From Candidatus Cloacimonadota bacterium (GTDB lineage Bacteria > Cloacimonadota > Cloacimonadia > G963667145), in NCBI GenBank assembly GCA_963676615.1, contig OY781092.1, positions 1,120,001 to 1,184,000 on the forward strand: a stretch of 64,000 nucleotides of DNA. Reading direction: 5' to 3'. Below are positions 38,387-46,810 of the stretch, one piece after another. Position numbers and translations under genes: made by a program. Each line of letters opens with the position of its first letter. Positions within the stretch are counted from its first letter, which is position 1. The notes under the pieces are model-generated. The model worked only from the letters and a program-made list of their open reading frames with translations. It made no database searches and was not told the origin of the DNA.

Positions 38387-39085
38387 CTAGTTCGTCACCA
38401 CCGTGCCAACGCTTTGCTCCAAAATCACTTTCTTCAAATTTTTCGGTTTGCTGACATCAAAAACGACAATTTTTTTCTGATTATCTTTTGCCAGAGCAAA
38501 AGCGGTAGAATCCATAATCCGCAAACTTTCGCTAAGCGCCTGCTCGTAAGTCAAACTCTTGTAAAGCTTTGCCTTAGGAAACTTCCGCGGATCTTTATCG
38601 AAAACACCTTCCACATTCGTGCCTTTCACCAAAAAATCGCACTCCGTCTCAATCGCCCGCAAAACACCAGCTGTATCGGTCGTAAAATACGGATTGCCGA
38701 CTCCGCCAGCAAAAAAACAGATATGCCCTTTTTGCAAAGCCGACTTCGCCAAAGCAGGCGTGTAACTCTCACAAATATAAGGCATTTGAACAATCGAAAA
38801 AACTCGCGCCTTAACGCCCTTGTTGCGGATAACCCCGCTAAGCATCAGCGCGTTCTGAATCGTCGCCAGCATCCCGATATTATCGCCCGTGAGCTGATCG
38901 ATGCCCACACTCTTCGATCCGATTCCTCGGAAAAGATTGCCGCCACCAATAACAACAGCGAGTTCTACGCCCGCTTGGTGAATCTCGATTATCTCGTCTG
39001 TGATCCGAGCCAAAATTTTCTCATCGAAACCTTTGCCCAAATCTCCAGCCAAAAACTCCCCACTAAGCTTGAGTAAAACTCGCAT
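38387..39085 (-). CDS. pyrH: UMP kinase
   Basis: LLKLSGE, GGGNLFRG, GNPYFTTDT, IMDSTA. Confidence 0.97.
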   Translation of the reverse strand: MRVLLKLSGEFLAGDLGKGFDEKILARITDEIIEIHQAGVELAVVIGGGNLFRGIGSKSVGIDQLTGDNIGMLATIQNALMLSGVIRNKGVKARVFSIVQMPYICESYTPALAKSALQKGHICFFAGGVGNPYFTTDTAGVLRAIETECDFLVKGTNVEGVFDKDPRKFPKAKLYKSLTYEQALSESLRIMDSTAFALAKDNQKKIVVFDVSKPKNLKKVILEQSVGTVVTN

Positions 39086-39111
39086 TATAAATCCTTCTTG
39101 AGCGCTTTTTT

Positions 39112-39705
39112 CTATTCGCCCAAAGCAAACCTAGCAAACCTGCTAATTTTGATGTTCTCTCCCAATTTTGCGATCAACTCGGTAATCAAATCCGAAACTT
39201 TTTTGTCGGGATCTTTCACAAAATCTTGCTCCAACAAAGTGTTCTGCTTGATATACTTGGCGATTTGCCCATCAACAATCTTCTCAACAATCTTCTCTGG
39301 CTTGCCCTCGTTCAGCGCTTTTTGCGTATAAATCTCACGCTCTTTGGCAATCAAATCTTGATCAAGCTCGTCTTGGCTCACAGCCAGCGGATTTGTCGCA
39401 GCGATGTGCATACAAATATCTTTACACAAATTTATAAAATCTTCGGTTTTGGCAACAAAATCGGTCTCGCAACTCATCTCCAAAAGCACACCCAACTTGT
39501 TGTTCGAGTGAATGTAAGAGTAAACAAGCCCCTCGTTTGTGTCTCTGTCCGACTTGCTCTCAGCCTTAGCGATTCCTTTTTCACGCAAATATTTAATCGC
39601 CTTGTCCATATCGCCATCGCACTTGAGCAAAGCTTTTTTGCAATCCATCATCCCCACGCCAGTTCTCTTCCGTAAATCCATTACCTCTTTTGCACTAATT
39701 GACAT
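39112..39705 (-). CDS. tsf: Elongation factor Ts (short, ~197 aa type)
   Basis: LRKRTGVGMMDCKKAL, CETDFVAK, GENIKISRFARF. Confidence 0.97.
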   Translation of the reverse strand: MSISAKEVMDLRKRTGVGMMDCKKALLKCDGDMDKAIKYLREKGIAKAESKSDRDTNEGLVYSYIHSNNKLGVLLEMSCETDFVAKTEDFINLCKDICMHIAATNPLAVSQDELDQDLIAKEREIYTQKALNEGKPEKIVEKIVDGQIAKYIKQNTLLEQDFVKDPDKKVSDLITELIAKLGENIKISRFARFALGE

Positions 39706-39727
39706 CTTAATCTCCTAAAATTAAAAA

Positions 39728-40546
39728 CTACTCTGCAGAAACTTCTTCGCTAGAGGTCTCTTCGGCTGGAGCTTGCTCTTCAGCCTCGTTGCCCTCTGCC
39801 GCCTCTTGAGAAGCGTTGGCATCAGCCGCCTGCGCTTGCTCTTGCGTATCCTCGCCTTCTGTTGCAATCTTAGATCCTTCCGAAACTGCGTTTGCGATAG
39901 TATCAAAAATCAAGCTGACGGCTCTAATAGCGTCGTCATTGGACGGAATAGGAAAATCGATTAAATCAGGGTCCGAATTTGTATCGACCAAAGCCACGAT
40001 AGGAATATTTTTTTTCACAGCCTCTTTGATGGCGATATCGTCGTTGTTCGTGTCGGAAATCACCACAACTCCCGGCAAGCGATCCATCTTGCGAACTCCG
40101 CCAAGCGACCTCATTTTCTTATCGTATTTTTTTTGCATTTTGCCAATTTCAAACTTGGTGTAATTGTTGATTGAGCCGTCTTCCATCATCGAGTCAAACT
40201 TATCCAGCTCGCGGATGCTCCTGCGAATTGTGCTCATATTTGTCAGCATTCCGCCCAGCCATCTGGAGTTTACGAAAAACGCGCCGCACTTTTCGGCTGC
40301 TTCGCGCACAGAATCTTTGGCTTGCTTTTTGGTGCCTACAAACAAAACAGGCTCGCCCTTTTTGGCAACGCTCTTTACAAATTCGTAAGCCTCTTCTATC
40401 TTATTTACGGTTTGACCAAGATCAAGAATATGAATCCCGTTTCTCTTGATGAAAATATACTTTTTCATCTTAGGATTCCATTTGTGAGTTTGGTGACCGA
40501 AGTGAACTCCTGCCTCCAAAAGTTGTTTCATAGATACAACTGCCAT
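39728..40546 (-). CDS. rpsB: 30S ribosomal protein S2
   Basis: LLEAGVHFGHQ, WNPKM, RWLGGMLTN, IPSNDDA. Confidence 0.98.
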   Translation of the reverse strand: MAVVSMKQLLEAGVHFGHQTHKWNPKMKKYIFIKRNGIHILDLGQTVNKIEEAYEFVKSVAKKGEPVLFVGTKKQAKDSVREAAEKCGAFFVNSRWLGGMLTNMSTIRRSIRELDKFDSMMEDGSINNYTKFEIGKMQKKYDKKMRSLGGVRKMDRLPGVVVISDTNNDDIAIKEAVKKNIPIVALVDTNSDPDLIDFPIPSNDDAIRAVSLIFDTIANAVSEGSKIATEGEDTQEQAQAADANASQEAAEGNEAEEQAPAEETSSEEVSAE

Positions 40547-40686
40547 TTTTTCATCTCCTTAATTAGCGGTTATTTATTGCCTGCTTCTAGGCGACATCTT
40601 GCAAACCTCGCTTTTGGTTCTTCCAAAAAACAAAGCACCGCTCAAGACATCCACAGCCTATATCCAGACAAGATTTTGGTAATAAA
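40547..40686 (-). promoter_or_regulatory. Putative rpsB (S2) leader RNA
   Basis: 140-nt spacer between rpsI and rpsB. Minus-strand pairings TGTCTG/CAGGCA and AGGC..GATGTCTTG/CAAGATGTC..GCCT, plus GGTGC and AACC elements reminiscent of S2 leaders. Confidence 0.55.
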
Positions 40687-41073
40687 CTATCTTTTCGAAA
40701 ATTGTGGTTTTTTGCGAGCTTTTGGACGGCCAACAATCTTTCTCTCCACAATTCTAGAATCCCTTGTCAAAAGACCATCCTTCTTCAGCGCGCCACGCAA
40801 AGCCTCGTCATACTCCAGCAAAGCTTTTGCAACAGCCAACTTCAAAGCGTCAGCCTGAGCGGACTTGCCGCCACCTTTCACTTGTGCTTTTATATCAAAC
40901 TTTTGGGCAAGCTCGACCAATCTCAAAGGTTTTTCGATCTCCTGCAACAAAATATCTCTCTCGAAATAATCTTTCATCGGCAAATCGTTCACGATTCTCT
41001 TGCCAGTTCCCAAAGAGATTCTCACCTTTCCGATAGCTGTCTTTCTCTTTCCAACGGCGTCAAAATACTGCAT
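40687..41073 (-). CDS. rpsI: 30S ribosomal protein S9
   Basis: GKRKTA, GGGKSAQA, LTRDSRIVERK, QFSKR. Confidence 0.98.
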   Translation of the reverse strand: MQYFDAVGKRKTAIGKVRISLGTGKRIVNDLPMKDYFERDILLQEIEKPLRLVELAQKFDIKAQVKGGGKSAQADALKLAVAKALLEYDEALRGALKKDGLLTRDSRIVERKIVGRPKARKKPQFSKR

Positions 41074-41082
41074 AAAATCTCC

Positions 41083-41511
41083 TTAAACCTCTAAATCTTC
41101 TGGGTTTTGTGCTATGTGTGGATGCTCTGCGCCAGCGTAAACTTTCAGCTTTGTCAGCATCTGCCGTCCCAGCGGACCTTTTGGCAACATCCCTTTTACA
41201 GCGTGAATAATAATCTGCTCAGGTGTCTCCTGCAGCATTCTCTTGAATGACTTTTCTTTAAGACCACTTTGGTAACCACTATAAGTCTTATACACTTTGG
41301 CATCAGCCTTATTGCCTGTCAACCTGATCTTTTCGGCATTCACTACCACAACAAAATCGCCAGTATCCAAATTCGGCACGAAATAAGATTTGTGTTTCCC
41401 TCGCAAAATCGAGGCAACTTTGGTAGACAATCTACCCAAAACCTTATCCGTAGCATCAACCTTGAACCAAGCTCTTTCGATGTCACTCATCTTTGGTGAT
41501 ACGGTTTTCAT
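41083..41511 (-). CDS. rplM: 50S ribosomal protein L13
   Basis: LGRLS, LRGKHK, DTGDFVVVVNA, AVKGMLPK, HPHIAQ. Confidence 0.98.
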   Translation of the reverse strand: MKTVSPKMSDIERAWFKVDATDKVLGRLSTKVASILRGKHKSYFVPNLDTGDFVVVVNAEKIRLTGNKADAKVYKTYSGYQSGLKEKSFKRMLQETPEQIIIHAVKGMLPKGPLGRQMLTKLKVYAGAEHPHIAQNPEDLEV

Positions 41512-41850
41512 CTTCTATTTTCTCCTTAAAAAAACTCTACCCTAAAACATTACAATTTAACAATTTAAACATCTGAAACCAACCTTTCGGGACTATACGG
41601 CAAGTCACAGAACGCAAAGGAAAAATTGCTCGGCAAAATGTCAAATACTTTAGCCGAAGAAATTTGCTCGTTCGGTCAATTTGAGAATTTTTACTTTTGG
41701 CAAAGAAAAGCGTTTGCCTTTTTTGTGCAAGACAAAAAATGACTGGATTTTTATCTATGTAGAAATGAAGAGCTAGGACTAATTTCAACTTTTCCTGACA
41801 ACTCTTACCCGCTTTAAAGCACCAGCGACAAAGCCTCTCCTTGCTCTTCT

Positions 41851-41878
41851 CCCTCATTCTCGCGGAAGCGGGAATCCA
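41851..41878 (+). repeat. REP-like palindrome (copy 1; copy 2 inverted at 55160-55187)
   Basis: CCCTCATTCTCGC-GGAA-GCGGGAATCCA. Confidence 0.8.
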
Positions 41879-41950
41879 TCTCTAACAGCGTTCTGCGAAA
41901 AATGGTCGGGTGATGACAGGTTTAACTTTTAACTAATACCTAATACCTGT

Positions 41951-42000
41951 CTGACACCAAAATAGGGGCTTATCATCTGCTGCTTAAATTTTGGTGTCAG
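41951..42000. repeat. 50-bp element with 13-bp terminal inverted repeats (second copy at 55086-55134)
   Basis: CTGACACCAAAAT...GGCTTATCATCTGCTGCTTA...ATTTTGGTGTCAG. Confidence 0.85.
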
Positions 42001-42004
42001 AAAT

Positions 42005-42305
42005 GAGGGGGCTTGGGGCGGCGGTTTTCCCCAAGACGCCAAGGCGTGCTTACCGCTTCCTGCTCGCCTAGACTGGCGGTGGGACGGCGGTGGCATCTTG
42101 CTTCATCTAAAACAGAGACACGCCAAAACCAACTACAAAAACCAAAAAAGTTACGATAAGTCATAGACTTACAAACAATTACGGAGGTGCTCTCTTCCAC
42201 AGAAATCTCTAAACACCTCTCGAAATCCTCTGTTTTTAGAAGCAAGCGTCCTTTTCTGCTTTTCTTTTCGGACGCCCGAAAAGAAGAAGACCCGTCTGGT
42301 AAGAC
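42005..42305. other. Structured non-coding element (multi-hairpin; MITE-like or ncRNA)
   Basis: CTTGGGG..CCCCAAG hairpin, GC-rich hairpin 42048-42094, long-range stem CTTGCTTC.TCTAAAACAGAG / CTCTGTTTTTAGAAGCAAG, and TTCTTTTCGG-ACGC-CCGAAAAGAA hairpin. Confidence 0.55.
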
Positions 42306-42355
42306 ATCATCTCTAACACCTTTCTAAAAAATCTAGCTAGACAGCAGAAAAATCA

Positions 42356-42991
42356 TCAATTACTTTGGAGCGGCAACCCCAAAGCCTCCGCGTCCTCTTT
42401 CGATATTTTATCCAAATACTTGCCCGCCTCTTTTGGATTTTTCAAATTATCCAAATAATATTCCGCCATCATAAAATCGACATACTTCAGCTCAAAATAA
42501 GACATCTTGGAGTTTTGCAAAAAGTCGTAATCTGCCAAAATCGTCTTTTCAAAATCGTAATCTTCGGCAGGATAATTTACAAACGCCAGCAAACGATAAT
42601 AGCGAATTTGCCAATTATCTGGCTCGGCTTCTGCGGCTTCGTTCAGCAAATTCACTGCTCTTTGCGCTGCAAAAATAACGCTGGGAAACATCCGATACTC
42701 CAAACAGCACGCCTCTACAATGCCCAAAAACGCTCTATAAATCGGCTGGTTATGACTTTTCAAATAATTCGCAAGGAAATCTCGCGCCTGAAAAATCGCC
42801 TCCTCTTTGTCGATGCCCTCCATCGGAATCTCGTCGGTGAACAAATAGTAGCCAAAAACAGCCTGCAAAAATTCTTCCTTTTCTATCTCCGCGTGGCTTA
42901 GCTCCGCCAGCTCTTCAGCTGCGGGAATTTTCCCCTTGGCAAAAACAAACCCACAGCTGAAAGCCAACATCACAATCAGAAATCGCTTCAC
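42356..42991 (-). CDS. Hypothetical exported helical protein
   Basis: Signal peptide (VFA). Start overlaps the regulator's stop. Confidence 0.65.
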   Translation of the reverse strand: MKRFLIVMLAFSCGFVFAKGKIPAAEELAELSHAEIEKEEFLQAVFGYYLFTDEIPMEGIDKEEAIFQARDFLANYLKSHNQPIYRAFLGIVEACCLEYRMFPSVIFAAQRAVNLLNEAAEAEPDNWQIRYYRLLAFVNYPAEDYDFEKTILADYDFLQNSKMSYFELKYVDFMMAEYYLDNLKNPKEAGKYLDKISKEDAEALGLPLQSN

Positions 42992-43290
42992 TTTTTCACC
43001 AAAAATTGTTCCAAATTGTTCACATAATTCAAAAATTCGTCCCTGCCAATTTCCGTCAGGCGATAAACACTCCGAGGTTTTTTATCGACGAACTTTTTCT
43101 CAACCTCAACATACTCGACATCTTCCAGCTTCTTCAGATGAGTGGACAAATTGCCGTCACTGGCGCTAGTAATCTGCTTGAGATAGTTGAAATCCGCCTG
43201 CTCAACAGTCACCAAAGTGGACAAAATCGCAAGGCGAATCGGCGCGTGCACCACCTTATTGATCTGCTGATAACTCGCTTGCGGGCTCAT
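42988..43290 (-). CDS. Winged-helix transcriptional regulator (HTH_34 / ArsR-MarR-like)
   Basis: VHAPIRLAILSTL, ADFNYLK, SDGNLSTHLKKLE, KKFVDKKPRSVYRLT. Confidence 0.9.
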   Translation of the reverse strand: MSPQASYQQINKVVHAPIRLAILSTLVTVEQADFNYLKQITSASDGNLSTHLKKLEDVEYVEVEKKFVDKKPRSVYRLTEIGRDEFLNYVNNLEQFLVKK

Positions 43291-43853
43291 CTGTTTCTCT
43301 TATACAACGCGATTCCCGGCACGACCTGCAACAAAATCAGCAAGCCCGCAAACACGAGCAGCGAATCGAGCGACACCCAAAACGAAAAAATCACAGAAGC
43401 CACTAGCCAACAAAATGCAACTGCCTGGAGCATCTTGTCTTGGTAAGCGCTTGCCGTGATGTGAAATGCGACAAAAAGCATCACGCTGGGAAAAACGGGA
43501 ATTATCCGCACCGAAATATATGGCGAGCAAAATGCGACCACCAGCAGAAACACCAGAGACACCAAAAACGCGATCCACACATTGCCAACGAGCCTGTCCA
43601 AAAAATTCGTCGCCCCAACTTTCCTTCTCTTAGCCACTCCAAAAGAAAAAACCGTTCCCACTGCATAAACCGCAATCCACGCAGCGCCCACGACTCTGAG
43701 GTTTTCCGACAAAAAATAGGTCAAAATGCAGCCGCAAGCAGTCAAAATTCCCCACACAATGTAATGCAAACCGTTGTCAGCAAACCTTTTCTTCGAGTTT
43801 TCGATTGTTGCTTTTATAAACTCGACCTCTTCTCTAACTTTTAGATTTTCCAT
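43287..43853 (-). CDS. Hypothetical integral membrane protein (~6 TM)
   Basis: GGAGGA RBS before ATG 43853. YIVWG motif. ATGA-coupled to the regulator. Confidence 0.75.
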   Translation of the reverse strand: MENLKVREEVEFIKATIENSKKRFADNGLHYIVWGILTACGCILTYFLSENLRVVGAAWIAVYAVGTVFSFGVAKRRKVGATNFLDRLVGNVWIAFLVSLVFLLVVAFCSPYISVRIIPVFPSVMLFVAFHITASAYQDKMLQAVAFCWLVASVIFSFWVSLDSLLVFAGLLILLQVVPGIALYKRNR

Positions 43854-43877
43854 AAAATCCTCCTTCGATTTCAATCA

Positions 43878-43901
43878 TACAAAGAACTTTGTATTACAAA
43901 G
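43878..43901. promoter_or_regulatory. Palindromic operator, likely for the HTH regulator
   Basis: CTTTGTA-T-TACAAAG (43887-43901) plus an extra half-site TACAAAG (43878-43884), just downstream of TTGACA (minus, 43908-43913). Confidence 0.65.
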
Positions 43902-44005
43902 CCAACTTGTCAAGCATTTTTTTCTTTAATAAAAAAATCACAACAAAAAAGTGGTCAAAACCGTTGCAAAATAAGAAAGTGAGCGAAACCAAATTGGAGA
44001 AAAAA

Positions 44006-44491
44006 ATGTGCTGCGACCAAGCGATTTACCACACGAAAATTGGAAAAATCAAGATTGTTTCTCAAGCGGAAGTTTTAAACGCGATCAGATTTGTAAAAAA
44101 TGAAGACGCCGTCGAAAAATGCCAGCGGACAAAGTTTTCGGACTCCGTCTGCAAGCAAATCCAGGAGTTTTTGGCTGGTAAGCGAACAAAATTTGAAATT
44201 GCCTACGAGCTGGAAGGCACGCCGTTTCAAAGGAAGGTGTGGCAAGAGCTATGCAGAATTCCGTATGGGCAGACGCGGAGCTACAAGGAGATTGCTGCGG
44301 CTATCGGCAACGACAGGGCGTATCGTGCCGTCGGAAATGCGAGCAATAAAAATCCGCTGCCCATTGTTGTGCCGTGCCATCGGGTCGTTGGCACAAACGG
44401 TAGCCTCACTGGCTATGCTGGGGGCTTGGCCATCAAAAAACAACTGCTGGCAATTGAAAGTAACACTTTTAATGTAAACTCTACAAGTTAA
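44006..44491 (+). CDS. ogt: Methylated-DNA--protein-cysteine methyltransferase
   Basis: GTPFQRKVW, IPYGQTRSY, RAVGNA, PCHRV, GYAGG. Confidence 0.95.
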   Translation: MCCDQAIYHTKIGKIKIVSQAEVLNAIRFVKNEDAVEKCQRTKFSDSVCKQIQEFLAGKRTKFEIAYELEGTPFQRKVWQELCRIPYGQTRSYKEIAAAIGNDRAYRAVGNASNKNPLPIVVPCHRVVGTNGSLTGYAGGLAIKKQLLAIESNTFNVNSTS

Positions 44492-44562
44492 AATTTATTC
44501 ACGCTTGACAAAACTCGTAATTTTTCTTTCGTCTTCTGCAAGTTTAAAAAAAGGAGAATAGT

Positions 44563-45018
44563 ATGAAAATATTCAAAAAAGTATCGATTTTCATTACTGC
44601 TATAATATTAATTGGATGTGCTGCCTTGCGGATGCCAGTTCCATCTCAAACTGAATATTTCACATCCAAAGCTGCTGGATTTACATTTGACAAAGAAAAG
44701 AAAGAGGTTAACTATTATTTAGTCCTTGCCCTTAATAAAAAGTTCGAAAATACTGTTTTTGCAGAAATAAAATTTCAAAATCCAGAAGACAGCAACGATT
44801 CTATTGTTTTAAATGAAACAATAGCTCCTACAAGTGAGAAAGTAGCCATATTGTCACCAGCTATTTATGGTTTAAAACCTTATAGAAATTACAAAACAGT
44901 AACCACGATTTATCAGTCTCCTGAAAAGAAAAAAATAATAACATCTCATACTCAATTAGTTCGATCAATGATAAATTTTTCACGGCTACCAAAAGATTGG
45001 CAAAAAAATGAAAAGTAG
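44563..45018 (+). CDS. Hypothetical lipoprotein (AT-rich)
   Basis: AAGGAG RBS, lipobox LIGC, upstream TTGACA. Confidence 0.75.
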   Translation: MKIFKKVSIFITAIILIGCAALRMPVPSQTEYFTSKAAGFTFDKEKKEVNYYLVLALNKKFENTVFAEIKFQNPEDSNDSIVLNETIAPTSEKVAILSPAIYGLKPYRNYKTVTTIYQSPEKKKIITSHTQLVRSMINFSRLPKDWQKNEK

Positions 45019-45028
45019 TTGAAAAAAA

Positions 45029-46810
45029 TCAGCTACTTTTATTCCCATTTGCTAACTCTTGACTCACTTTCTCTGCCAGTTTTTCCCCCACTCCCTTCAC
45101 GACCTGAAGCTCCTCCACTGTCGCCTCCTTCACCGCTTGCACAGAGCCGAACTCGCGTAAAAGTTTATACTTCGTCTTCTGCCCAACCACCTCGTCTAGC
45201 TCGCTAGAAAGCGTCCGCATCGAGCGGCGTTTGCGATGATAAGTGATGGCAAATCGGTGCGCTTCGTCCCGCAAATGCACAATCATTTTCAGCGCTAAAG
45301 ATTTTCTGGGAAGCAAAATCGACTCCGACTGCCCCGGCAAAAAGACCTCTTCCAGCCGCTTTGCCAGCGACACAATGGCGATATCCACGCCCATCTCCTG
45401 CAAAACCTCCACCGACGACGAGAGCTGCCCTTTTCCCCCGTCAACCACTATCAAATCTGGGCTCTCATACTCGTCAAGCTTGCCCAAATACCGTCGCAAA
45501 GTCTCCTGCATACTGGCAAAATCGTCCTGCCCCTGCACCTCTTTCATCCTAAAATGCATATAATTTTTCTTCTTCGGCTTACCATTCTCAAAAAAAACCA
45601 GCGATGAAACCGTGTCGCTGCCCTGAATCGTCGAAATATCGATACAAATAATCTTCGTCGGCAACACCGCAAGCCCCAGCGCCTGCTTCAACTCCAGCAC
45701 AGGCGCCGCCGTCCGCACCGCTCTGCGCAAATATTTCAGCCGCTCTTGCTCCACCAAATCAAACGCATTCTGGCGAGCCATCCACAGCAGCTTGCTCAAC
45801 TTCCCCTTTTGCGGCACAAAAAGAGTCAGCTCCTGCCGCAAATCCTCGTCCAATTCCGCCGCCAAATCGGTCTCCACCAAAATCTGCCACGGCAACTGCT
45901 CCAATCTCGGCAAATAATACTGCTTCAAAAAAGCCGCCAGCACCTCCTGCATCGACTTGCCCGCAACATTCTTCAGCGGATAACTCTCCTTGCCAACCAG
46001 CCGACCCTCAACCAGCTTCAGCACCGCAATCGCCCCCGACTTCTCCTCCAAATACCCAGCCACCACATCGCGCCGCTTAGCATCCTCAAAATACACCGTC
46101 TGCCGCTGCCCGAGCTTTTGCAAACTCTCCCACTGCGCCTTATAAATCGCCGCCTTTTTGTAATCCAACTTCGCCGCAGCCGACTCCATTAGCCGTTGCA
46201 ACTCCGCACTAATCTCTCGGCTATGCCCCGACAAAAATTTTTTAACTCGCCAAACCAAACGCCCATACTCGTCCCGCAGCTTCTCATCAGCCTCACACAC
46301 GCCAACACACTTGCCAATCTGAAAATTCAGACACCGCTTTTTTCCCAAAGTGTTACACTTACGCAACGGAAAAATCTCCTCAACCATCTCCCGCACGCGA
46401 TGCATCGCACCAGAATCCGTAAACGGCCCGAAATAATCGCCCCGATCATGCTTCTTCTCGCGCGTCACCACCAGCCTGGCAAACGGCTCGTCCGTCAACT
46501 TCAAAAACGGATACCGCTTATCATCCTTGAGCAAAATATTATATTTCGGTCGATGCTTCTTAATCAAAGTATCTTCCAAAATCAGCGCCTCGTGTGCGCT
46601 GGCGACCATTATGTAATCCAAATCCGCCACATTTTCTACCAGCTTCCGCGTCTTCAAATCCGACTTTTTCCCTGCAAAATAGCTCCGCACACGATTTTTC
46701 AGGCTCGTGGCTTTGCCCACATAAATAATCTTGCCAGCTTTATTTTTCATCAAATACACACCAGCCTGACTCGGCAAAGTCGCCAATTTTTGCTTCAAAA
46801 TGTCGTTCAT
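45029..46810 (-). CDS. uvrC: Excinuclease ABC subunit C
   Basis: GVYLMK, IIYVGKA, PKYNILLKDDK, DIS, PDLIVVDGGKGQ, RDEAHRFAI, HhH. Start MNDILK overlaps the murJ stop. Confidence 0.97.
   Translation of the reverse strand: MNDILKQKLATLPSQAGVYLMKNKAGKIIYVGKATSLKNRVRSYFAGKKSDLKTRKLVENVADLDYIMVASAHEALILEDTLIKKHRPKYNILLKDDKRYPFLKLTDEPFARLVVTREKKHDRGDYFGPFTDSGAMHRVREMVEEIFPLRKCNTLGKKRCLNFQIGKCVGVCEADEKLRDEYGRLVWRVKKFLSGHSREISAELQRLMESAAAKLDYKKAAIYKAQWESLQKLGQRQTVYFEDAKRRDVVAGYLEEKSGAIAVLKLVEGRLVGKESYPLKNVAGKSMQEVLAAFLKQYYLPRLEQLPWQILVETDLAAELDEDLRQELTLFVPQKGKLSKLLWMARQNAFDLVEQERLKYLRRAVRTAAPVLELKQALGLAVLPTKIICIDISTIQGSDTVSSLVFFENGKPKKKNYMHFRMKEVQGQDDFASMQETLRRYLGKLDEYESPDLIVVDGGKGQLSSSVEVLQEMGVDIAIVSLAKRLEEVFLPGQSESILLPRKSLALKMIVHLRDEAHRFAITYHRKRRSMRTLSSELDEVVGQKTKYKLLREFGSVQAVKEATVEELQVVKGVGEKLAEKVSQELANGNKSS

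Noticed and set aside
39112..39705. Short EF-Ts as a truncation or pseudogene
   Set aside because: The ~200-aa form is an established type, and both terminal motifs are present.
41537..42245. ORFs 41537-41857 and 41997-42245 as proteins
   Set aside because: They overlap the promoter and repeat modules and have no recognisable motifs or RBS.
41851..42318. CRISPR array or integron attC array
   Set aside because: No regularly spaced repeats with spacers, no clear RYYYAAC/GTTRRRY-bounded sites, and no cas or intI genes.
45010..45028. GAAAA(G)TAGTTGAAAAAA resembling the minus strand of 5719-5735, both at edges of AT-rich genes
   Set aside because: Short and low-complexity, so probably chance.
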